DNA of 64,000 nucleotides from Candidatus Latescibacterota bacterium (GTDB lineage Bacteria > Latescibacterota > UBA2968 > SICM01), in contig CBDCJO010000002.1 of NCBI GenBank assembly GCA_965217865.1, positions 4,352,001 through 4,416,000 of the forward strand. The letters are read 5' to 3'. This document shows positions 10,664 through 19,567 of this stretch, piece by piece (the stretch's first letter is position 1; each line of letters opens with the position of its first letter). Made by a program: the position numbers and the translations under genes. The notes under the pieces are model-generated. The model saw nothing but the letters and a program-made list of their open reading frames with translations, was not told the origin of the DNA and made no database searches.

Positions 10664-10803
10664 GGTCGGGGGGGGGATAGGAAATTGAAGATTGAAGATT
10701 GAAAGACCTGAGCTCGGTTCCTACCTCTCTGTGGCCTATCTGATTCCAGGGGCGCTTGAGGAACATCGATTCCAGACAGTGGGCCTCTCTCCGCATGGAG
10801 GAT

Positions 10804-12321
10804 TCAGGGGCGTTCCGCCCACCGGGCAACGTTCTGCAAGACGATCTTCGGGTTGGGAAAAACGTCCCGCAGCAGCTTGTGGTAGAAGCACTCCTCCGGG
10901 GAGCGCAGGTTGTCCTCCTGAAACTTATCCGCGTAGGCCGCGAGGTCCATCCCCTCTGTGGCCCGGGCCAGGGCATTCTCCAGGAGCTGCACGGTTCCGC
11001 TGCCCTCATCGAATTGCTCCTTGTCCCGCCACAGTATCTCGGGGGGGAGTAGATCTTCACAGGCCTGGCGCAGTATCCACTTCTCTACGGTCTGACCGTC
11101 TTCCTTTTCGTAGAGCTTGAGCTGTGGTGGAATAGTCTGGGCCAACTCAACCATGGCCAGGTCGAGAAAAGGGACACGCCCTTCAAGCCCGTGTGCCATC
11201 GTGAGGCGGTCGACGCGCTGCAGGTTGACGTTGTGTAGCGCGGTAACCGAACGGCGAAGCTCTATGTGCAGGGCATCAAGGTCAGAAATCCCACGGCAAT
11301 ATGTGTACCCGGCGAAAAGCTCGTCAGCCCCTTCCCCGGTCAGAATGACCTTCACGTGTTCCGCGGCAAGCCGGGAGCAGAAGTAACAGGGGATGGCGCT
11401 CCGGACCAGATCCTGATCAAAGGACTCAAGGTGGAATATGATCTCAGGAAGCTTTTCCAGGACCTCTTCAGCTGCGAACACGTATTCGTGATGGACGGAC
11501 CCGATATGCCGGGCTACGTGTCGGGCTGCATCCAGGTCACGTGAGCCCTCTATCCCCACGGAGAAGGTGTGAAGCCTGTCCATGTGCTTCCGGGCGATGG
11601 CAGCGATGATGCTGCTGTCGAGGCCACCCGACAGGAACGCGCCAAGGGGCACATCGCTCATAAGCCTCTTCACTACGGCCTCTTCGAGTGTCTCCCTTAG
11701 AGTCCTCCGAAGCCTCTCAACCGGCAAATCCCGTGGCTTGAGCTCAGGAACCACGTAGTACGGTTTGAATCCTGTGTCCGAGATATAGCACGTACCCGGA
11801 GGGAATTCATTCACGTCATCGGCTTTGTCAACCAGCGCCTTGATTTCTGATGCAAACCAAATCACCTGATCGGGCGTGTTCTCGCCACGAATGCCGTAGT
11901 ACAGCGGCTTAATCCCGATCGGATCGCGTGCAAGAAAGAGGGATTCGCCGCCTGAGATGGCGAAGGCGAACATGCCGTCGAGTAACCTGACGGAGGAAGG
12001 GCCTTGATCTTCAAAAAGATGCAGTATGGCCTCCGAATCATTCCCGGTCCTGAATTCGTGATTGTCCCGGAGGTCAGCTCGAAGCTTCGGGAAGTTGTAG
12101 ATCTCCCCATTGGCCACAATGCTCGCCGAACGATCCTCGTTAAATATCGGCTGATCTCCACCCTCCGGGTCCATAATGGACAGTCGGCGATGCCCCAGAA
12201 CGCCCATAGACGCTTCCACGTGCATCCCCGCCATATCCGGCCCCCGGTGGGCCAGTTTGTGCATCATATCCCTCACCGTTTCTTTTTCAGCCCTTCCCCA
12301 GATCCCTGCGATACCGCACAT
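10804..12321 (-). CDS. asnB: Asparagine synthase (glutamine-hydrolysing) family amidotransferase
   Basis: MCGI N-terminal nucleophile, HRGPD, HRRLSI, NGEIYN, LSGGLDSS, GEGADELFAGY. Confidence 0.92.
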   Translation of the reverse strand: MCGIAGIWGRAEKETVRDMMHKLAHRGPDMAGMHVEASMGVLGHRRLSIMDPEGGDQPIFNEDRSASIVANGEIYNFPKLRADLRDNHEFRTGNDSEAILHLFEDQGPSSVRLLDGMFAFAISGGESLFLARDPIGIKPLYYGIRGENTPDQVIWFASEIKALVDKADDVNEFPPGTCYISDTGFKPYYVVPELKPRDLPVERLRRTLRETLEEAVVKRLMSDVPLGAFLSGGLDSSIIAAIARKHMDRLHTFSVGIEGSRDLDAARHVARHIGSVHHEYVFAAEEVLEKLPEIIFHLESFDQDLVRSAIPCYFCSRLAAEHVKVILTGEGADELFAGYTYCRGISDLDALHIELRRSVTALHNVNLQRVDRLTMAHGLEGRVPFLDLAMVELAQTIPPQLKLYEKEDGQTVEKWILRQACEDLLPPEILWRDKEQFDEGSGTVQLLENALARATEGMDLAAYADKFQEDNLRSPEECFYHKLLRDVFPNPKIVLQNVARWAERP

Positions 12322-12390
12322 GTAGAATCACTCCGCTTTCAGTGAGATTCAATGACTATTATGCCAGTCCTGGGCTTCCCACCTCCCCGG

Positions 12391-12786
12391 TTAACCTCGC
12401 CCACCCAGGATTCCGCTCTCCTTCAGAAACCGTTGCGCGACACTGGCGGGTGACCGCTTTTGCTCATCTACCTCGTGATTGAGACGCTGCATGGTCACGT
12501 TATCGATCGCACCGGCCAGCCGACCAAGCGCCTCAAGAAGCTCCGGATGTGCCATTAGTACGGCCATGCGCGCTACAGGAGCAGCGTAGTAGGGAGGGAA
12601 AAACCCTCTGTCATCCTCCAGGGGCTCGAGGTCGTATGCCGGTATGCGACCGTCCGTTGAAAAGGCGCAGCTCAGGTCGACTTCGTCCTGAGCAAGCGCC
12701 TTGTACATCAGCCCCGGGTCCAGGTCCCGAACGGCAAAGGTCGCCCCGCCGTCGAAAGATTTGGATAGGTCGCGCAGAACAATCAC
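12391..12786 (-). pseudogene. Deletion chimera: first ~23 aa of an osmoprotectant ABC ATPase fused to the C-terminus of a glycine-betaine-type binding protein (OpuAC/OsmX-like)
   Basis: MIVLRDLSKSFDGGATFAVRDLD (ATPase start) runs directly into PGLMYKAL..FSTDGRI..LEDDRGFFPPY..MQRLNHEVD (binding-protein C-lobe). No Walker motifs and no permease. Confidence 0.8.
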
Positions 12787-14072
12787 GCCGACCCTTCCCG
12801 GGTCAATTCGAAAGTGCCGAGCAGACCGTGGGCCGCCCCAAGGCCCTGCTGCATGTCGCTTTCCAGGTTCCTGAGCACGTAACCGAGCTGCGGCTCCACG
12901 ATATTGGCCAGCGGATCACCCATTCGGAACCATTTTACATTGCGAACCACGTCCCGAATCGTCCGAATCGACTGCTGTACGATATCGGGATAATCGTCAG
13001 GCGGATCCTCCTTCAGTTTCTCCGCGTCCTCCCAGTTTTTCAGGGCCTCTATGCAGCCTGTGACCACCGCGTTCCAGGCCATCTGAAAGCCCTCGAAAAA
13101 CTGATTCAGCCTCGGGTGGCCGGAGCGCGGGACATAGTCAAAGAGGAGTGAGCTCAGGTCTGTACGCTGGTTGAACTCGTGAAGGCTGCAGATCGCCTCC
13201 CTGATGGGCTGGGCGTTCGGGTTGAACTCGCGCGTGTTCATGTGCCTTCCCACAAGAACGGATCGATCCCGGATCTCCCTTCTTGCGATGGAAACTCCTT
13301 TCGTTGCCGCGATCTCACTCACGAACGCATCGAGTTCATCACCGCCCCAGTAGCGTAAGGGAAAGGTCTCGACATCCACCTTGTCCAGCATGTCCGGTGG
13401 GTAGATATAGGACATGGAGTACTGATGCATATTGGCCTCATCTGACCCGGACTCATCCCAGTAGCATTGCCATTCATAGGAATATCTTCCGATCATGTCG
13501 GCCATGAAGATCGCTGATTCGTCCATGTGATCGCAGATACCCTCGATGAGACGACGCAACCCGTCGTCATCGATGTGTGAAAGGGCGCCGAACGACGAAA
13601 AATAAATGTCGAACGGCGGCTCACCCGGGTCCACCGGAAGCCCATTATTGAGATCGGCCACCTTGAAGTCGACCTTGGGAATTCCCTCGTAGTTCTCTCT
13701 CGCCTTTTCCACCATCGCGGTGCTGATGTCGACGCCTTTGTACTCGCCTATCAGGTAGGCGGGCAATACCTCGACCTCCTTCGTAGCAAGGGAAAGCTGT
13801 TCCCTGTGCACGTTCGTAAGGACTTCGTATCCCTCTCCGCTACCGCAACCGAGGTCGATCACGCGTATTCTTGAAAGAAGCCTGTGCTTACGCGAGACCA
13901 GCTTTGCGAGGAACTTGTGCAGTGTGTATCTGTTGAGCTGATCCTCCCAGTACCGACGCACGTTGTCGTATTTCCCGAATAGCCCGCCCCAGTCTCGGTC
14001 ATAGACAGACATTTCCACTGCGTCTGTGTAGCTCTCTGTTTCATGCGTCTTGCTGGCTTCTTGATGAATCAT
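12783..14072 (-). CDS. Class I SAM-dependent methyltransferase with a long C-terminal extension
   Basis: Motif I VIDLGCGSGEG, GVDISTAMVEKA and FDIYFSSFGALSH. GGAGGAGG RBS; 4-nt overlap with the next gene. Confidence 0.88.
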   Translation of the reverse strand: MIHQEASKTHETESYTDAVEMSVYDRDWGGLFGKYDNVRRYWEDQLNRYTLHKFLAKLVSRKHRLLSRIRVIDLGCGSGEGYEVLTNVHREQLSLATKEVEVLPAYLIGEYKGVDISTAMVEKARENYEGIPKVDFKVADLNNGLPVDPGEPPFDIYFSSFGALSHIDDDGLRRLIEGICDHMDESAIFMADMIGRYSYEWQCYWDESGSDEANMHQYSMSYIYPPDMLDKVDVETFPLRYWGGDELDAFVSEIAATKGVSIARREIRDRSVLVGRHMNTREFNPNAQPIREAICSLHEFNQRTDLSSLLFDYVPRSGHPRLNQFFEGFQMAWNAVVTGCIEALKNWEDAEKLKEDPPDDYPDIVQQSIRTIRDVVRNVKWFRMGDPLANIVEPQLGYVLRNLESDMQQGLGAAHGLLGTFELTREGSA

Positions 14073-14522
14073 GCTACCTCCTCCAACATTCTTTAGAATC
14101 TAAACCTTCCTGATTCCCTGACGTCACAAATGCCCGGATAGGGGCAACTGCCTGCATGTCTGTTCTGTGTACTCTCGAATTTCGCCACGAACAGGATCGT
14201 GTCCTGAGACAGGCGGTCGTCTGCAGGGCAGGGCTTGTCCGCACTATACACTAGCCATATTTCTTCCTCGTGTCAACTCAACTTTGGCCCCGGGACGCCT
14301 ATGTGCACCATGCGGACATTCCAACGTCGAGGGTGAGAGGGCCGGTCCTTCCACCTGGGTGGTGCATCTTCCGGACTCTGCGGTTCCCCCCATCGGCCTG
14401 CGCTCACCATAACATCCTGATTTTCTCTTGATCTTCCGTGCCTTCATGCGTACTTTGGCCGCGTCGTCTTGACCTCCCACATCCTGTTCAGCCAGACCGG
14501 AGATGACAAGGAGCGTAATCCA

Positions 14523-15305
14523 ATGACGGATGAAGAACAATATCTGTTCGATCTGACGGGTTATCTGGTGATCAAGGATGTTTTGCATCGACCGGAACTC
14601 GAGGAATTGAACGAGGCAATGGATCTCCGGAACCCCTGGGGAGATTTGAAGGGGAGGGAGGAAGCCCCCCATATGAATCGGCTCAAAATGCATATCGGCC
14701 CGCTTCTGGACTGGGGGGAACCGTTTCGACGTTTGATGAAGCACCCCGTGACGCTTTTATATCTGTCCGAACTGATCGGCGAGAAGATGCGGCTCGATCA
14801 CGAATATGCGATCTTGATGAGAAAAGGGGCCCCGGAGAACCGGCTTCACGGCGGAGGAACCCCATACGACCCTTCACAATACTATCATTTTCGAAATGAA
14901 AAGATGCACAACGGTTTGACGGTTGTGATCTACGCCTTGGCGGATGCGGGCGCAGGTGACGGCGGTTTCTGCTGCATCCCGGGAAGTCACAAGAGCAATT
15001 TCCCGTGCCCGGAGCCTTTCAGGAGCTTGGAGGAAAAAGGGCTCTGGCTTGTTCAACCCCCTTTGAAGGCGGGGGATGTACTCATCTTCACCGAGGCGTT
15101 GACTCACGGAACACTTCCGTGGACCGCGGAGCACGAACGGCGATCCCTGTTATTCAAGTACAGTCCGGGCCATCAGGCGTGGGGGCGGGCGTACAATCGC
15201 GGTGTGGATGAGAACATGGATGAAACCCAGCGTCTTCTGATGGAACCTCCCTACGTCAGCAGGCGGAAAGAGGTGCCAGGTGACGACGGGAAACGGAGGG
15301 ATTGA
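14523..15305 (+). CDS. Phytanoyl-CoA dioxygenase (PhyH)-family Fe(II)/2OG enzyme
   Basis: YLFDLTGYLVI, LHGG, GGFCCIPGSHK, KAGDVLIFTEALTHG and ERRSL. ATG 14523 after AAGGAG. Confidence 0.9.
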   Translation: MTDEEQYLFDLTGYLVIKDVLHRPELEELNEAMDLRNPWGDLKGREEAPHMNRLKMHIGPLLDWGEPFRRLMKHPVTLLYLSELIGEKMRLDHEYAILMRKGAPENRLHGGGTPYDPSQYYHFRNEKMHNGLTVVIYALADAGAGDGGFCCIPGSHKSNFPCPEPFRSLEEKGLWLVQPPLKAGDVLIFTEALTHGTLPWTAEHERRSLLFKYSPGHQAWGRAYNRGVDENMDETQRLLMEPPYVSRRKEVPGDDGKRRD

Positions 15306-16550
15306 ATGAGCAAACTATACTTCAGCGAAAATGGACGCGTGGTTCCCACGCTGTGCGAGGAAATTACCATCTTCCGGCGGGTACGGAAGGTTCTTTCTCT
15401 CCCATCCACGGCCGCACAGGGGACGGTCTACCTCCTCGCCCGTGCGTATGGGGACGAGATTCCGCTTCGCATGTCCCTAAACGGGACTGAGGTGGACTCG
15501 ATCCAGCCCCTGTACCCCGGGAAATACGGGTGGTACGAGGTCCCGGTTGCAGCGTCTCTGTTCAAGGAGGGGGACAACGCGTTTGAAATATGGACGGATT
15601 CTACGGCGATGACCGCTTGGTCGCTGGCGATCGAGGCCGGGCACGCTCAGCCGGAGAGTTTTATCAGCGGGGATGGCGGAAAGACCTGGCGGAACGATCG
15701 GATGGGGTATCTCAACGTCGTGCGGGGGGAGTATGTGGTCCGTGTGCGGCTGTCAGAGGGCGAAGATCCCGCACCTCCGGCGATGGTCTGGGAAGACAAA
15801 AATAGTCCGCGACTGGAATCCCTCCGGAAGATCGTTCCGCCGAGAGCGCGCGACCAGGGGCCGCTGTTGGAACGGATCAGGGCTTTGTCCTCCTGGCTCT
15901 CTACGAGCTGGGAGCATACCGGCCCCGCAAATCCGGCAGTTTCTGTGGTTTATGGGCCGTGGGATGCCGAGACGATTCTTGCCTGGGGGAAGGCCAGGTC
16001 GGGACACAACGGGTACCGTCCGATGGTCATGTGCGTGCATTACGCGGCCGCTTTCGTGAGCAGCTGCCAGTGTGTCGGGATTCCCGCCCGGTGTGTGGTG
16101 GTGACGGGGGCCGTCAACAAGGGATGCGGCCATTTCGTCTCCGAGGTCTGGTCCGACGAGCACGACAAATGGATTATGGTGGACCCCAACACGGATTCGA
16201 TTATGTGGAAGGACGGGGTTCCGCTTTCTCTCACGGAGATTCAACAGGCAGGCTCCGACCTGTCCGATCTGATCGAGTGGGGAGCGGGTTCCTCCTTCCA
16301 GAAGACGTTCCCCCACATGGTAGAGTTCATCCGGGACAACTATCAGAAAGGGGTTTGCTTCAAACACAGGAGCATCTGGCCCCGGGCGGATCTTCTCTCG
16401 CGTCCCGAGCTTTCCCCGCCGGGACATGGATGGATCAACTATTGTGAGACGGAGCTTGTGTGGGACAGGAAGGATCTGGAGAAGGGCTTCGGGATGTTCC
16501 CCTATTTCGCGGACCCGGGCTACTTCGATGCCCACCCGCGCTTCGATTAA
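15306..16550 (+). CDS. Transglutaminase-like domain protein
   Basis: Putative Cys-His-Asp triad: MCVHYA..GIPAR, GHFVSEVW, WIMVDP. Starts immediately after the PhyH stop. Confidence 0.8.
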   Translation: MSKLYFSENGRVVPTLCEEITIFRRVRKVLSLPSTAAQGTVYLLARAYGDEIPLRMSLNGTEVDSIQPLYPGKYGWYEVPVAASLFKEGDNAFEIWTDSTAMTAWSLAIEAGHAQPESFISGDGGKTWRNDRMGYLNVVRGEYVVRVRLSEGEDPAPPAMVWEDKNSPRLESLRKIVPPRARDQGPLLERIRALSSWLSTSWEHTGPANPAVSVVYGPWDAETILAWGKARSGHNGYRPMVMCVHYAAAFVSSCQCVGIPARCVVVTGAVNKGCGHFVSEVWSDEHDKWIMVDPNTDSIMWKDGVPLSLTEIQQAGSDLSDLIEWGAGSSFQKTFPHMVEFIRDNYQKGVCFKHRSIWPRADLLSRPELSPPGHGWINYCETELVWDRKDLEKGFGMFPYFADPGYFDAHPRFD

Positions 16551-17543
16551 TCGTATACGATGATTCCCCGTGCAACCTCCCCGCTCAGCATGTCCTCAAA
16601 AGCTTTGTTGATGTCTTCAAGTCTATACTCCTGAGATATCAGCTCATCCAGTTTGAGCTTTCCGGCCATATACCAGTCGAGCAGCAATGGAAAATCGTGC
16701 CGTGCGATCCCTGAACCATAAAGGCTTCCCACGATGCGTTTTTCCTGCAGGGTGATGTTAAAGGACGGGAGTTTGATTGTCGATTCCAGCGGAGCAGCCC
16801 CGACCAGCACCAGTGTTCCTGTGGGGCGCACCGCGTCGAAGGCCTTCTCCTGAACCTCTGGAATTCCGATCGCCTCGAAGACGTAGTCCGCTCCCCGTCC
16901 ATCCGTCAAGTCGAGGATCTCCTTCAAGGTGTCGTCGCCCGCGACCAGACCGTGGGTCGCCCCGAAGGTTTTGGCGGTCTCGAGCTTTTTCGGCACCCGA
17001 TCGACGGCGATGATCGGTTCGGCACCGTGCCGCGCAGCCCCCTGCAGGACGTTCAATCCGATTCCCCCACAGCCATAGACCACGACGCTATCTCCAGCAC
17101 GTACTCCGAGTATTGCGAACCGCGCCAACCCCGGTGGTTACCCCGCAGCCGATCAGGGACGCGGATTTCAGGGGAGCGTCCTTCCGAATCGGAATGCATG
17201 CCTCCTGGGGGACGACGGTCTGTTCTCCGAAGGTTGCGATGGTAACGAACTGGTAGACGGTCTTTCCGCTGCCGCATTCGGGAGACCAGCTCAGAATCAC
17301 GTGGTCGCCGGGGCTAACCCGGGTCACGCCCGGACCGACGGATTCGATTACCCCCGCACCTTCGTGTCCTAACACGACGGGCATAGGACGACGTGGAAAG
17401 TCCCCGGTGACCACGTGCCAATCGGAGTGGCATATGCCGCTGGCGGAAAGCCGGACCTGGACTTCACCCGTTCCCGGTTCCTGAAGGGTGAGGTCTTCGA
17501 TGACAGGGGGCGTGTTGAGTTCGTACAAAACCGCGGCTTTCAT
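16547..17543 (-). pseudogene. Zn-dependent (class III-like) alcohol dehydrogenase with an internal deletion and a frameshift
   Basis: The 5' frame has GICHSD, VLGHEGAG and LIGCGVTTGVGA; the 3' frame has GCGGIG. Frameshift near 17108. The structural-Zn loop is missing (SPECG joins SGKTVYQF). Confidence 0.85.
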
Positions 17544-17635
17544 GGGAACCCTCCAATTTGTCTTCAGGTAAAGTGCGTTGGATTTCAACTCTCTTCAAGC
17601 AACGTGTGGTCGTGTTCATAAAAAGGAGCAGGAGG

Positions 17636-18035
17636 ATGACTCAGATCAAGGTATCAACCAAACGCAGGACGGAACTGGTGCCCATCACGGATAGGGTCCA
17701 GGATGCGGTCCTGGAAAGCAAGATTGAACACGGCGTCTGTTACGTGTACGTGCCCCATACGACCAGCGGGGGTGACCATCAACGAGAATGCGGACCCGAT
17801 GGTGGCCCACGATATTCTGCACGTGGTTGACAGGATCATCCCGTTCAACGACAATGGCTACAGACATATGGAAGGCAACTCGGCCGCCCACGTCAAGGCC
17901 TGTCTGTTTGGATCGTCGGAAACTGTATTTATTCGAAACGGCAGGTTGGTCCTCGGGACCTGGCAGGGGATCTTCTTTTGCGAATTTGATGGTCCAAGGG
18001 ATCGGAAAGTCCATGTCAAGTTGATAGAAGGATAA
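17636..18035 (+). pseudogene. yjbQ: YjbQ/UPF0047 family protein with a +1 frameshift (or sequencing error)
   Basis: MTQIKVST..VPHTT in one frame and AGVTINENADP..EGNSAAH..LGTWQGIFFCEFDGPR in another. Removing A17765 restores HTTAG. Confidence 0.85.
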
Positions 18036-18102
18036 ATCAACTTGAGTGATTTAGTTCCGGGAAAAAAGAAAAGCGAAATGGGTGGAAAGGTTAAACCCGA
18101 AA

Positions 18103-19377
18103 TTATTCCCTGTGCGTGACTCGACCGCCAAGAAACGTCGCTACAGCCTTCCCCTTCAGGTGCCATCCCGTGAAAGGTGTGTTTCGGGATTTGGATCGGA
18201 ACTGCGTCGGATCGACGGTCCATTCGAGGTCGGGATTGATGATGGTGAGATCGGCAGCCGTCCCGGTTTCGAGGGTTCCTCCTGGGATGCCTAGGATCCG
18301 GGCAGGGATGATGGTCAGTTTGGAGATTGCTTCGCCAAGAGAGAGGATGCCGGGAACCACAAGGTGGGTCAGGGTGAGACCCAGGGCAGTCTCCAGCCCC
18401 ACGATTCCGAAAGGTGCCTGATCGAAGGGAAGGGACTTCTCGTCCGCTGCGTGAGGGGCATGATCCGTTGCGATGGCGTCGATCGTCCCATCCGCGAGTC
18501 CCGCTCTGACGGCCTCGACGTCTTCGGCCGATCGGAGGGGAGGGCTCATCTTGGCCAGGGTTCCACGGTCGCGGACGGTCTGGTCCGTCAGGATGAAATG
18601 GTGGGGGCAGGCCTCGGCGGTGACAGAGAGGTTCCGGCGTTTTGCGTCTCGAACAAGGTTCACCGCGCGGGCGACGCTTACGTGCAGGATATGAAGCCGG
18701 CCGCCGATCTTTTCGAGGAGACGGATATCGCGCTCGATCATCGCCGCTTCTCCCTCAGCGGGCATTCCCTTGATGTTGAGGGATCGGGAGACCTCTCCGT
18801 CGTGCATGTGTCCGCCTGAGGTTAGGGCTTTCACCTCCTCGTGCGGGGCGATGGGACAGTCGATGCTTGCGGACTTTTCGAGTGCGAGCGACATGAGCTT
18901 CTCGGACCCCACCGGGAAGCCGTCGTCGGAGAAGGCCACGGCACCCGCATCCCGGAGCGCAGAGAGGTCTGCGAGCTGTTCCCCCTGCTGAGCGGCCGAA
19001 ATGCAGGCGATCGGATAGACTCTCGCATCGGCGTCGCGACCCTTTTCAATCACCTCGGAAAGGAGATCGGGCCGGTCGAGGGGGGGTGAGGTATTGGGCA
19101 TGCAGACGACGGATGTGAAGCCGCCCGCTGCGGCGGATCGGCAGCCCGTGGAGATCGTCTCTTTGTGCTCCTGACCCGGATCTCTCAGGTGGACGTGCAT
19201 GTCGATCAGACCCGGTACAACGATCATTCCTCCGGCATCGAGAACCTCAGCGGAAGGGACTTCCATACCAGATTCGATCCGATCGATAAATCCATCGGTG
19301 ATCAGGACGTCGGATACCCGATCGAAATTTCGGGAGGGGTCCAGGACCCGTCCGCCGCGGATGAGGGTGGAATTCAC
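18103..19377 (-). CDS. pyrC: Dihydroorotase (type I)
   Basis: PGLIDMHVHLRDPG, AAAGGFT, CMPNT, ATDHAPH, SKSRNTPF. Confidence 0.96.
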   Translation of the reverse strand: MNSTLIRGGRVLDPSRNFDRVSDVLITDGFIDRIESGMEVPSAEVLDAGGMIVVPGLIDMHVHLRDPGQEHKETISTGCRSAAAGGFTSVVCMPNTSPPLDRPDLLSEVIEKGRDADARVYPIACISAAQQGEQLADLSALRDAGAVAFSDDGFPVGSEKLMSLALEKSASIDCPIAPHEEVKALTSGGHMHDGEVSRSLNIKGMPAEGEAAMIERDIRLLEKIGGRLHILHVSVARAVNLVRDAKRRNLSVTAEACPHHFILTDQTVRDRGTLAKMSPPLRSAEDVEAVRAGLADGTIDAIATDHAPHAADEKSLPFDQAPFGIVGLETALGLTLTHLVVPGILSLGEAISKLTIIPARILGIPGGTLETGTAADLTIINPDLEWTVDPTQFRSKSRNTPFTGWHLKGKAVATFLGGRVTHRE

Positions 19378-19429
19378 GATGTCTAATCCGTGGTTTGTGA
19401 TTCGTGGTCCGTGACAATTTTCAGGTTAC

Positions 19430-19458
19430 AATTTAAGTTCAGGTCTTGACCGTGTCAA
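19430..19458 (-). promoter_or_regulatory. Sigma70-type promoter for pyrC
   Basis: TTGACA-N17-TAAATT on the minus strand, about 50 nt upstream of pyrC. Confidence 0.6.
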
Positions 19459-19479
19459 AGGGAATGTCCGGCTTTTCCG

Positions 19480-19508
19480 TTGACAGAATTCGGCCGAGTT
19501 ACTATAAT
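19480..19508 (+). promoter_or_regulatory. Consensus sigma70 promoter for valS
   Basis: Perfect TTGACA-N17-TATAAT. Confidence 0.8.
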
Positions 19509-19567
19509 TTAGATTCATCGCATATGACTGGACCGAAGGGGTACGGTAAAGCCGTGCCCCTGTCCTT

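Noticed and set aside
14073-14260. SAM riboswitch upstream of the methyltransferase
   Set aside because: No recognisable SAM-I core motifs by eye; an Rfam scan would be needed to exclude other classes.
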